NCBI RefSeq assembly: GCF_006345805.1
Contig: NW_021824082.1
Coordinates: 1 to 20,046 of the forward strand
From: Octopus sinensis
Taxonomy: Eukaryota
DNA: 20,046 bases
Direction of reading: 5' to 3'
The notes below the pieces were generated by a model that saw nothing but the letters and a program-made list of their open reading frames with translations, made no database searches and was not told the DNA's origin. How positions within the stretch are numbered: position 1 is the stretch's first letter; every line of letters begins with the position of its first letter. Position numbers and translations under genes: made by a program. Positions 1 to 10,680 of this stretch are shown here, piece after piece.

Positions 1-200
1 GTGTCCGTTTGTCCCCCCAGCATCGCTTTACACTGATGCTGATGTGTTTACGTCCCCGTAACTTAGCGGTTCGGCAAAAGAGAACGATAACATTAGTACT
101 AAGCTTACAGGGAATAAGCTCTTGGGTCGATTAACTCGACTATAAAGTCGATGCTCCAGCATGGCCGCAGTCAAATGACTGAAACCAGTAAAAAAAAGAG
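1..200 (+). mobile_element. SINE family A, 3' half (window starts inside it)
   Basis: Motifs gtgtttacgtccccgtaacttagcggttcggcaaaagag, gggtcgat and gctccagcatggccgcagtcaaatgactgaaac match the copies at 5742-6136 and 13070-13483. Confidence 0.85.
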
Positions 201-358
201 CGTGTGTGTGTGTATATTTGTATACGTCTATGTATTATTTATAAGAGTATGGAGATGCGTTCGCGAAAGGTGTTTTTGTAATGAGTTGTGCTTGAATATG
301 TTCGTGTGTTCGTGATTGCATGTGTACGCGTCAATATTTGCATGTCTGGTCTGTGTAT

Positions 359-402
<44 letters not shown>

Positions 403-831
403 TGTGTGTGCGTGTGAATGTGTGTGTGTGTGTGACGTTGCTCTCTCTCGTATATGTTTGTAACAATACTGTAAAAAGGATGTCCCTGTGATAGCGTACG
501 CACAATGTGCGTGTTACAATGTATGTGGGTGTGGCTGTGGCTGCTTTCTATGTGTGTGTGTGGTGTGTGTGTGTGTGTAAATATGTAAGTGTGTATGTGT
601 GCGTGTGCTTAGTGGTGCGTATTAAAGCTTGCGTGCATTTGCGACAGTGTATGTTTGTGTGTTCTAATATGCTACGTGTATGTGTATGTGAGTACTTCGT
701 CTGCGTATAAAAGTGCGTGCATGTGCAAGTATGTGTATGTGTGCGTGGGTGTACTAGTGAGACGTAAAGCATGCGTGCGTGCATGAGTGTGACTGTTTCT
801 GGGTGGGTATGTGTGTGTGTGTTGTGTGTGT

Positions 832-877
<46 letters not shown>

Positions 878-882
878 TGTAA
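201..882. repeat. Degenerate (GT)n-rich simple-sequence block
   Basis: Pure and interrupted GT runs; all overlapping ORFs are Cys/Val or His/Thr artefacts. Confidence 0.9.
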
Positions 883-1102
883 GGCGGCTAGCAGGCAGAA
901 TCGTTAACGCGCCCGGGGAAAAAATGCTCAGCGGCATTTCGTCCGTCTTTACGTTCTGAGTTCGAATTCCACCGAGGTCGTCTTCGACTTTCATCATTTG
1001 TGGGTTGATAAAACAGGTACCAGTTGAATACTGAGGTCACTGTAATCAACTTAACACTCCTCCCGAAATTGCTGGCCTTGTGCTGAAATTTGAAACCAAT
1101 AT
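883..1102 (+). mobile_element. SINE family B (ggcggcgagctggcagaa-type head)
   Basis: Head ggcggctagcaggcagaatcgtta, B-box-like gagttcgaattc, tail ccttgtgctgaaatttgaaacc; matches five other copies in the window. Confidence 0.85.
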
Positions 1103-1900
1103 GTGTTTTTGTGTGTATGTGTGTTTGTTGTGTGTGTGTGTGTGTGTGTGTGTGTGTCTTGTGTTTGCTTAGTGCGTGTTAAAGCGTACGTGCATGTGTA
1201 TATATGTGTGAGGGTATGTTCGTGTGTGTGTTAATGCGAGTGTTTGAGTGTGTGTATATGTGCCTGTGTGTATGACTGCGTGTAAGAGTATGCGTGCGTG
1301 TGTGTAATTGTATGTATGTGTATTAATATGAATGTGTATGCAAGTGTATGTGTTTTGTGTGTGTGTGTGTGTGTGTGTAATAATGTGTGTTAAAGCGTGA
1401 GTGCGTACATGTGTGTGAGTGTAAATGTGTCTGCGTTGGGTGCTTGCGTATATGACTGCGTGCATGTACGTGAGTGTGTGTATGCTTGAGTATGTTAACA
1501 TGTATGTGTACGCCTGTATATGTGTGTGTGTGTGTCTGAGTGTGTATGAGTGCGTGTTAGGGCATGCGTATATATGTGTAAGTTTCTATAGGTTTGTGTT
1601 GTGAACGTTTGTGTGTGCTAGTATGTGTACGCGGGTATCTATGGCCTGCGTGTCAGCACGCGCGTGTGAGTGTGCGCGCGTATTTTAACATACACATGCG
1701 CGCGTGTGGAAAGGTGTTGAAATGTCATGCATATCTAAGCGCATTTGTGTGTGTGTGTGTGTGTGGTGTGTGTGCGTATGTGTGTGCCTCTGTGTGTGTC
1801 TGTGTGTTGTGTGTGTGTGGTCTGGTATGTGTTTGGTGTGTTTGTGTGTGATTGTATGCATGTGTTGGTGCGTGTGCATATGGTTTGTGCATGCGTGGTA
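1103..1900. repeat. Degenerate (GT)n-rich block
   Basis: GT-dominated low-complexity sequence. Confidence 0.85.
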
Positions 1901-3175
1901 GGATGGTTGTGGGGGTTGTGGATGCGTAGGTGTGTACCTGTGTGCGTGTGTGTCTGTGTATTGGTTATGTGTGTGTGTTCGTGTGGGCTTGTATGCATGT
2001 GTGTGTGCATGTGCAATGTTTGTGCAGCGTGTGTAGGTGTGTGTGTGTGTGTGTGTGGATGGCGTAGTGGTACCTGTGGGGGTGTGTGTGTTGTATGTGT
2101 TTATGTGTGTGTGTCGGGTGTGTTGTATGCATGTGTGTGTGCATGTGCATATGTTTGTGCGTGCGTGTTAGGTGTGTGCGTTGTAGGTGTGTGTGTGTGT
2201 GTGGATGCGTATGTGTGTAACGTGTGTGTGTTGTCTGTGTATGTGTTTGTGTGTGTGTTCAGTGTGCTTGTATGCATGTGTGTGTGCGTGTGCATATGTT
2301 TGTGCATGCGTGTGTAGGTGTGTGTGTGTGTGTGTGGATGCGTATGTGTGTATCTGTGTGTGTGTGTCTGTGTATGTGTTTATGTGTGTGTTCGTGTGTG
2401 CTTGTATGCATGTGTGTGTGCATGTGCATATGTTTGTGCATGCGTGTGTAGGTGTGTGTGTGTGTGTGTGTGGATGCGTATGTGTGTACCTGTGTGTGGG
2501 TGTGTCTGTGTATGTGTTTATGTGTGTGTGTTCGTGTGTGCTTGTATGCATGTGTGTGTGCATGTGCATATGTTTGTGCATGCGTGTGTAGGTGTGTGTG
2601 TGTGTGTGTGGATGCGTATGTGTGTACTGTGTGTGTGTGTCTGTGTATGTGTTTATGTGTGTGTGTTCGTGTGTGCTTGTATGCATGTGTGTGTGCATGT
2701 GCATATGTTTGTGCGTGCGTATGTTTGTGCGTGCGTGTGTAGGTGTGTGTGTGTGTGTGTGGATGCGTATGTGTGTACCTGTGTGTGTGTGTGTCTGTGT
2801 ATGTGTTTATGTGTGTGTGTTCGTGTGTGCTTGTATGCATGTGTGTGTGCATGTGCATATGTTTGTGCGTGCGTGTGTAGGTGTGTGTGTGTGTGTGTGG
2901 ATGCGTATGTGTGTACCTGTGTGTGTGTGTGTCTGTGTATGTGTTTATGTGTGTTCGTGTGTGCTTGTATACATGCGTGTGTGTATGTGCATGTGTTTGT
3001 GCGTGCGTGTGTAGGTGTGTGTGTGTGTGTTTGTGTGTGCGTGTGTCTGCGTATGTGTGTACCTGTGTGTGTCTGTGTATGTGTTTATGTGTGTGTGTTC
3101 GTGTGTGCTTGAATGCATGTGTGTGTGTATGTGCATGTGTTTGTGCGTGCGTGTGTAGGTGTGTGTGTGTGTGAG
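1900..3175. repeat. Minisatellite, about 9 units of ~131-151 bp derived from (GT)n
   Basis: Marker tagg recurs at 2034, 2169/2184, 2315, 2449, 2589, 2740, 2878, 3012 and 3156, with the same ordered interruptions (ggatgcgtat, tacct, gtttat, gttcgt, cttgtatgcat, catatgttt). Confidence 0.9.
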
Positions 3176-3468
3176 TCTGCATTTGTTGATGACTTTGAGA
3201 GCGTGTGTGCGCATGTGCGTTTGATTTTGTCTGTTATGTGCTGTCCTATGTATGGCTGAACGAGTATACGGATTTGTGTGTATGTGTGCCCGCGTGTATG
3301 TATATATATGTATGTATCTATGTATATGTGGGGTGTATAAGGTTATGCTTGTGTGTGTGTATGTGTGCCTGTATATGTGTGTGTGTGTATGTGCGTTTGT
3401 ATGTATGAATGCGTGTGCGTGTACAAACGAGTGTTGGTGTTTGTGCATATTTATCTGCATGTGTGTTA

Positions 3469-3662
3469 GGCAGTATGCTGGCAGAAACGCTAGCACGCCG
3501 GGCGAAATGCTTAGCCGTAATTCGTCTGTCTTTACGTTTGAGTTCGAATTCCACCGAGGTCGACTTTGCCTTTCATCTTTTCGAGGTCGATAAATTAAGT
3601 ATCAGTTGCGTACTGGAGTATATATAATCGACTGGCCTCCTCCCACCAAAATTCGGGCCCTG
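3469..3662 (+). mobile_element. SINE family B
   Basis: ggcagtatgctggcagaaacgctagcacgccgggcgaaatgcttag...gagttcgaattccaccgaggtcgactttgcctttcatc; 3' tail shortened. Confidence 0.85.
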
Positions 3663-3720
3663 ATATTTATCTGTATGTAGATTTGTGTGTATTTAAGTAT
3701 GTATTTTTGTTTTGCTCCAT

Positions 3721-4090
3721 GTATGCTGGGGCACCACCATGAGGGATTTTAGTTGTACCAATCGACCCCAGTACCTATTTTTTTAACCTATTTTGAAGCC
3801 TGGTACTTAGTCTATCGATTTCATACACCAGACCGCTGGCTTGCCGGGACGTAAACACACGAACAACTGTCGTGAAGCGCTGTGTCGAATGAACTCAGAC
3901 ACGCACACACACACACACACACTCACGCACACACTCGCGCGCGCACACCCAAACACACTCACGCACACAAATACATAGCCCCACAAACACAAAGGAACGC
4001 GCGCACAAAAATTTATATATATGCATATGTATGTATGTGTGTGTTCACCATGGGCTTCTTTCAGTTTCCTCTTTACCTAATCCACTCACA
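3721..4090 (-). mobile_element. SINE family A, minus strand, head missing, internal (CA)n
   Basis: Reverse complement of the family A body: aatcgaccccagtac, gggacgtaaacacac, gggcttctttcagtttcc, aatccactcacaa. Confidence 0.75.
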
Positions 4091-4106
4091 ATAGTAAAGT
4101 ATAAAA

Positions 4107-4177
<71 letters not shown>

Positions 4178-4192
4178 ATATATATATATATA
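4107..4192. repeat. (TATC)17 followed by (TA)n
   Basis: Direct reading. Confidence 0.95.
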
Positions 4193-4195
4193 CAT

Positions 4196-4322
4196 CCACA
4201 TCAGACGCCATGATGGATTTAAGGTGTAAGTAGAAGAGGTGGTCAGACTCTGTTTAAAGGGTAGACAACCACCATATATATGTATATATATATATATGTA
4301 AATATATATATACATATATATA

Positions 4323-4401
<79 letters not shown>

Positions 4402-4477
4402 TGGTTGTCTACCCTTTATAGAGAATCTGACCACCTGTTGTACTTACACCTTAGATCCATCATGGCGTCTGATGTGG
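4196..4477. repeat. 78-bp inverted repeat (4196-4273 / 4400-4477) around an (AT)/(GT) spacer
   Basis: The arms are reverse complements with 6 mismatches in 78 bp by hand alignment. Confidence 0.95.
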
Positions 4478-5100
4478 CTTTTTAAATCAGACAATGTATT
4501 GAAAGGATACCTACATAGATAGCATATCTAATTTGGACCACCAAGAACTTAGTTAAGTTCCGATATTTCTGGATCTTAAGATGTCTTTTGATGCCTCCAT
4601 TATATTTGCAGACCTTATGGTATACATGGCATGGAAAGGTGTGCGCAAATATATAGGCAGAGTAGTTGGTGGCGGTTTCGTTTTCATGGGTCCGCAAATG
4701 AGATTTGAGCCCAGCAAGAGAAAGGCATGGTCTGTCATAAACTGTGCACACGAATTCATCTTCTCAATTGCAACACTCTTCTTAAAATTTATCTTGAGTC
4801 TAGCATATGTCATCCTGTCCTCTTCAAAAAGCTTTCACTCCATTCCACATTTTTGTTCGTCATCCAGCTCGATCCGAACCAAGGGTTTTCCAAGTGACAT
4901 TATGATAGTCCTTATGCCGTCCCTAGACCCCTTTTTTAAGTTTCCACCGACTGCATTTTTCCCTCTGCTTGTTCGCCATAAAACAGCTGTTTCTGCGTGC
5001 GTGCGTCCATCCGCAATTCTAACAATAAGGCCAAGCCGTTTCATATGTGTCCAACGAAGGCTAGCAGGCTTAAGTTCCGTACTGACATCACCCGCACTCT
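4400..5100 (-). mobile_element. Decayed non-LTR retrotransposon (RTE-like) 3' end: ORF2 C-terminus, two degenerate C2H2 fingers and 3' UTR
   Basis: Frameshifted minus-strand peptides: LRWT..LGLIVRIADGR, KQLFYGEQAEGK, GG..KK..RDGI, LFEEDR, CTVYDRPCLSLAGLKSHLRTH, FPCHVYHKVCKYNGGIKRHLKI. These fit the RTE ORF2 tail pattern LRWxGHVxRMxDxRxPKxxxYGELxxGxR...CxxCxRxCxSxxGLxSH. The element ends in (AT)n. Confidence 0.8.
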
Positions 5101-5292
5101 TATAAAATTATTATAAAATCATAATAAAAAATATTCAGCCGTTCTCCATTATAACGTTCGATTGTTGTCATCATTTACCAACTCAAAAGCAAACATTTAT
5201 ATACTAAACGTACGTACATACATACATACATACATACATACATACAAATGCACACACATATACACACGCACATACATTAATATTTAGGAACA

Positions 5293-5385
5293 GAATGACT
5301 CAAGTCTGAAAGTATCTTGCGTTGGCGTCTATCAAACATGTTTGTTAAGTGCCATCGCACGAAACTATCGGATCTTGAGTCACTC
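5293..5385. other. 93-bp imperfect palindrome (fold-back)
   Basis: Outer arms match 11/12, inner arms 19/28 with one bulged base, and the centre is a perfect palindrome caaacatgtttg (5333-5344). Confidence 0.75.
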
Positions 5386-5558
5386 ACCGCTCGACAACCG
5401 ATGTCTGTGTGTTTACTTCCCCGTAACCTAGCGGTTCTGCAAAAGAGACCGATGGAATAAGTATCAGGAAATACAAAAAAATATAAGTACTGGGATCCAA
5501 TTCGTGAAGGTAGTGCCCCAGCAAGGCCGCAGTCTATTGATTGAAGCAAGTTAAAGAT
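5386..5558 (+). mobile_element. SINE family A, 3' half
   Basis: ccgctcgacaaccgatg, gtgtttacttccccgtaacctagcggttc, gcaaaagagaccgat, gtgccccagcaaggccgcagtc. Confidence 0.8.
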
Positions 5559-5598
5559 GGAAGAATAATGTTGCGTTGATTTAGAAATTTATCTCATA

Positions 5599-5695
5599 GA
5601 CACAGGAATGGCGTGTCGGTAAGAGGCTCACTTGAGAATCACAACCACACTGTTTCGGGTTCAGATGCATAGTGTCTTCTACTATAGCCCCGAGC
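5599..5695 (+). mobile_element. SINE family A, degraded tRNA-like head fragment
   Basis: cacaggaatggcgtgtcggtaaga...tcgggttcag...gtgtcttctactatagcccc. Confidence 0.65.
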
Positions 5696-5741
5696 TATAG
5701 TATTACATGGTTTCCTCTTGAAGCACATCTTCTTATTCCAA

Positions 5742-5880
5742 TGCGGCTATGTGGTAAGTAGCTTGCTTCCTGGTTCAGTCCCACTGCATGCCACTTTGGA
5801 CAAGTTTCTTCTACTATAGCCCCGGGCCGACCAAAGCCTTGTGAGTGGATTTGATAGACGGAAACTGAATAAAGCCCATC

Positions 5881-5917
<37 letters not shown>

Positions 5918-6136
5918 TGTTTGTATATATGTTTGTGTGTCTGTATTTGTCCCCACACCTTCGCTCGACAAGCGATGGTGGTGTGTTTACGTCCCCGTAA
6001 GCTAGCGCTTCGGCAAAAGAGACCGATAGAATAAGTACTAGGCTTACAAAAAATAATTCCTGGGGTCGATTTGCTCGGCGAAAGGCGATACTCCGCATGG
6101 CCGCGGTCAAAATGACTGAAACATGTAAAAGAATAG
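5742..6136 (+). mobile_element. SINE family A, near full length, internal (TA)n
   Basis: Head ggctatgtggtaagtagcttgc with B-box-like ggttcagtccc, then ttggacaag box, gaccaaagccttgtgagtggatttg, (TA)n at 5882-5914 and a complete 3' body. Confidence 0.88.
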
Positions 6137-6224
6137 ATATATTTGTGGGGGCGTATGCATAAGAACTGAAAAACCTAAGAAATAATTTCTGCTGAGTGAT
6201 AATAAAATCAAAACATAAGCATGC

Positions 6225-6398
6225 ATATTTGTGCGCCCGTGTCTGTGTGTGTACGTCTGTATGTATGTGTGTGTACGTATGTGTGTGTGTGTGTGTGTGT
6301 GTACGTAAGTGTGTGTGTGTGTACTTGTGTGTGCGTGCATGTGCATGTGTGTGTACGTGTGTGTTTGCCTTGTTGTGCGTTGTGTGTGTGTGTGCCTT
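6225..6398. repeat. (GT)n-rich block
   Basis: Direct reading. Confidence 0.9.
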
Positions 6399-6462
6399 TG
6401 TGTCTGATTTTATTCGCCATCACCGTTTGACAACTGTTGTTGGTGTGTTTACGTCCCAATAA
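6399..6462 (+). mobile_element. SINE family A internal fragment
   Basis: caccgtttgacaactg...ggtgtgtttacgtccc. Confidence 0.6.
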
Positions 6463-6834
6463 GTCCCCATTAATTATATGAAATTGATGGAACAAGTACC
6501 ATAATTTAAAAAAAAAACGAAAAAATAGATAAATAAATACTTAAATGCTGAAGCCGATTCGTACGACCAAAATTATTCAAGGTGCATGAAAAATAAAAAA
6601 AATAAATACGTACTCACATACGCACAAACCCACACACATGGTTCTACATACAGATAAATATACACCAACACCAGCACTCGTTTATACACACACATACGAA
6701 GATTTTTTGGTATTATATCTTCACCATTACATGTGTTTCACTTACTAATATGAATGACCGATTTGTACATGTAGGAGAAAACAAGTAAGATATCGCCTAT
6801 TCACATTTCTTGAGACCGAGAATCAAATGATATA

Positions 6835-7206
6835 TCTTTATATATAAAAGTAAGTCCTACGATTTAGATTCCTAACTACTGCCACATTTTGCGGTGCAGT
6901 TTAACCAAAACCGGGTATCTTATAGTCGTGATTCATATCGAGTCCTTCTGGGTATTAGCGCGCGTCTACGATGAGTCTACGATTTAAACAAAAAATTACC
7001 ATAATTTTTTTCATTTTAATGCATTTTTTCCGCTATTATATAGGGGAAGTAACTCTCTAAAAATGTCTACGATGAGTCAACGATTTAAAAAAAAATTTAC
7101 CATAATTTTTTTTCCATTTTTTGCTATCTTTTGACTATAACTCTCTAAAAATGCTTATATAATTATTTCCCTTACAAACCCGAGCAACGCCGGGCGATAC
7201 TGCTAG
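6835..7206 (+). mobile_element. Non-autonomous Helitron-like element, copy 1 (372 bp)
   Basis: 5' TC, 3' CTAG, inserted between A and T, hairpin cccgagcaacgccggg 8 nt before the CTAG, no TSD; a second copy lies at 14300-14702. Confidence 0.88.
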
Positions 7207-7339
7207 TTTTAAATATATTTTAATCAATTTGATTCCGTTTATTGCAACTTAAAGTTTCGCAGGCTCGTCAAACGTTCGTAACTCGTTAGTCAGACTCTAT
7301 TTCACAATCTTTTCTGTTTAACCAGTCTAGTATCTAGTT

Positions 7340-7419
7340 TTCCTCTCTCTTTCTCTCTCTCCATGTGTTTCTCTGTCTCACTCTGTGTGTGTATGTGTGT
7401 GTGTGTGTGTGTGCGTGCG

Positions 7420-7450
<31 letters not shown>

Positions 7451-7785
7451 ACTTCTTATTGATTGACCGACTCACTCATTTAGACTCTTATTCACTCACC
7501 CTCTCACTCGGTCATTTAGTCAACCAATAAATCACTCACTCAATCACTCATTCACTCAATCACTCAATCACTCAAGTACTCATCAACTCACTCACTCGCC
7601 CATTCATTCACTCACTTACTCACTCATTCACTCACTCAATTACTCAATCACACTCTCTCTACAACCCAATAACTTATCAATCATTCACTTCTCTCATTTC
7701 TCTCTCTATTTCTCTCTCTATTTCTCTCTCTCTTTCTCTCTCTCACTCACTCTCTCACCACTCACTCACTCACTCACTCACTCCT
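7340..7785. repeat. (CT)n/(GT)n then degenerate (CACT/CAAT/CATT)n
   Basis: Direct reading. Confidence 0.85.
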
Positions 7786-7989
7786 AACACTATCAAGTAC
7801 GCCTTATCTTCATTATTGATGCTCAGAAATCGAACATCATTATCATCATACACTCCTTACTTAGGTGAGATCGGAAGAACACCTTGCATAATATAGTCCT
7901 AGATGCACTTTGCCATTAAACAAAGAAGGTTAGTCATGGTTGGCAAGCCTTTGAGCATAGAACGGCTTCTTCAGCCACCGTCATCAACA

Positions 7990-8600
7990 TTAGTACCACC
8001 ACCACCACTACAACCACCATTCCACCGTCACCATTATTACCACTACCACCACCGCCGCCACCACCACTACTACCACCACCACTGCTACCATCACCACTGC
8101 CACCATCACCACTTCCACTATCACCACTGCCGCTATCACCACTGCCATCACCACTGTCACCACCACCACCACAGCCACCACCTCAACTGCCACTACCAAG
8201 ACCACTGCCACGACCACGACCACCACAACCATCACCATCACTGCCACCACCGCCACAACTATCATCTCTATCACTATCACCACCACCACAACTACCACCA
8301 ACACCACTACTTTTGGCGCTACCATAACCATCATAGCCACCACTACTATTACTACAACCACTACCACTAATAACGCAACCACAACCACCACCGCTAACGT
8401 AGCCATCATCATCAACATCATCATCATCATCATCAACATCATCATCGACATCATCATCAACAACAACAAAAACTCATTGCATCCACAACCATCACTATCA
8501 TCACCACTATCACCATCACCAACCTTATCCCTCTAACCACAAAGACATACCGCATCGACAACCACAGCCTCCATCTCCATCACCATCGCCACCACCATCT
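7990..8600. repeat. Degenerate trinucleotide array (CAC/CAT/TAC/AAC)n
   Basis: Direct reading; source of the poly-His and poly-Val ORFs. Confidence 0.9.
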
Positions 8601-9419
8601 CTATTAACAACCCATCCCTCTATATAACCCATTGCGTATTCTATGAAAATCTCTTATTCCGCTCACACCATCTTAATACATGACGTTCCTTCTTTATTAA
8701 CTAACTAATCCCCAATCTTTCAAGTAAGCCATCTCTTGCTTGCTTCCTCCTCCTTCTTCATCCATCCACTTTTCTTATTCACCCTATGCCGCCATTTTCT
8801 TGTCTTTTTTTCTCTTTTCTCTGGTGGTGTCTGATTTATTTTATTCTATTTAGTCATTTTCTTCTTATATCTTCTCTCTTTGCTATTTTACTCTTCTTTG
8901 TTTTTGAGAAGAAAAAGAACACAAAGAAAAGACAAACAAACAAAAAAAAAACAGTAAAACTAAAAAGCAAACGAACCAACTATAGCTACTTTCCTTTTTA
9001 CTCCCACATCCAGCCTTCAAAATTAAAAAAAAAAAGAATGAAAAACTCCACGAAAAAACAAGAAAAACGATATAAAGATAACACTGTTATCTTTATCTGT
9101 AGTCTTTGGTTATTTCCTGAATATATTCTCCAGCCTCCCCGCTTCCTAACTTTCTAAGATTCTCGTATAGTTTTCAAATTCCTGTTGTTTTAAAGAAATG
9201 ACTGGAGCAGACGATTTTCATCGCCATCGTTGTTGCTGTCGTCGTCATCGTGGTCGTGGCCGTTGTTGTAGCGATGTTTGACGTTCGTATAGTAGTTATT
9301 ATTGTTGTTTATTTGGTAGAAGATTACGTAGTCTTTTTTATATTTTATTTATCATTATATATGTAGCTGTTTTGATGATTTTTGGTTTTGTTTGTCTGTG
9401 TATGGTAATGTCTAACTAT

Positions 9420-9503
9420 GTTTATGTATGTGTATGTGCATGCGTGTACGTGCATGTGCGTGCGCATGTGTGTGTACGTGTATATGTGCAGATTTACTCT
9501 GTG

Positions 9504-9543
<40 letters not shown>

Positions 9544-10040
9544 TACTTTAATATATTTTTGAGAGACACACGGTTCTGTTATATGCTTATCAACACCTAA
9601 GTCTGAGTGTGAAAACATGGAGAACAACAATCATAAGGATGGATAGAGCTAGATGGAGATAGAAAGGTAGAAAGAGAGATGGGAGAGAAAGACTGAGAAA
9701 CACAGAGAGGAAGAAGAGAGAGAGAGAGAGAGAAAAGGGGAGACGGGCAGAATGACAAGGTGGGTGAAAGATAGAGCGAGTAAGACAATAGGAAAGATAG
9801 AAAGGGACGGAGAGAGAATAAAGGGGAAGGAGAGGGAGGGGGGAAACACACACACATACAGCATACATACATGCAATTACGCACATAAATGCACACAAAC
9901 TTTCCCTTTCACTCTCTCCCTCACACAACACACACTCGCAAACACACACACACACACACATACACACACACGCGCATACATAAACACACATACGCACTCA
10001 TAGATATACACATACACACACACACACTCACATGTACACA
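9420..10040. repeat. Compound simple repeats: (GT)n, GA-rich purine tract, (CA)n
   Basis: GT about 9420-9541, GA about 9640-9845, CA about 9845-10040. Confidence 0.85.
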
Positions 10041-10187
10041 CATAATTTCACAGTTTCAATGAGCCATACATCCGGTTAAACTAATCAAACGCAATCAATA
10101 AATTATCAAAATGATCAAACTCTTCATGATTATCGAGCCCTTTATTCAGTTAATTTATCGCTGTTATTATATACAAATAAATGCTAA

Positions 10188-10404
10188 GGCAGCGAGCTAG
10201 CAGAATCGTTAGCATACCAGGCAAAATGCTTAGCGTCATTTCGACTGTCTTTACGTTCTGAGTTCAAATTCCGCCGAGATCGACTTTGCCGTTCATCCTT
10301 TCGGGATCGATAAATTAAGTACCATTCAAGTACTGGGTTCGATGTGAACGACTATCCCTCTCCCCCAAAATTCCAGGCCTTGTGCCTATTGTAGAAAGGA
10401 TTAT
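10188..10404 (+). mobile_element. SINE family B
   Basis: ggcagcgagctagcagaatcgttagc...gagttcaaattccgccgag...tail ccttgtgcctattgtagaaagg. Confidence 0.88.
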
Positions 10405-10410
10405 ATATAA

Positions 10411-10484
<74 letters not shown>

Positions 10485-10488
10485 CCAG

Positions 10489-10544
<56 letters not shown>

Positions 10545-10576
10545 CATTCGTAAACTCTGTGTGTGTGTGGTGTGTA

Positions 10577-10610
<34 letters not shown>

Positions 10611-10680
10611 CATGTATGTATATATACATATATATATATATATGTATGTATGTATGTATACACACATACACATATATATA
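10405..10680. repeat. (ATAG)n, (TA)n and (TATG)n microsatellites
   Basis: Direct reading. Confidence 0.92.

Noticed and set aside
2259-3182. 307-aa His/Thr-rich ORF and overlapping Cys/Val ORFs
   Set aside because: These are translations of the GT-derived minisatellite, which lacks stops by composition.
4581-5105. 174-aa plus-strand ORF
   Set aside because: It is antisense to the RTE-like remnant; the recognisable motifs are on the minus strand.
7903-8469. Poly-His/Cys ORF resembling a metal-binding protein, and the antisense poly-Val ORF
   Set aside because: Degenerate trinucleotide repeat with no complex flanking coding sequence or convincing splice sites.
8786-9157. 123-aa ORF with hydrophobic then basic segments
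   Set aside because: It arises from T-rich then A-rich low-complexity tracts.
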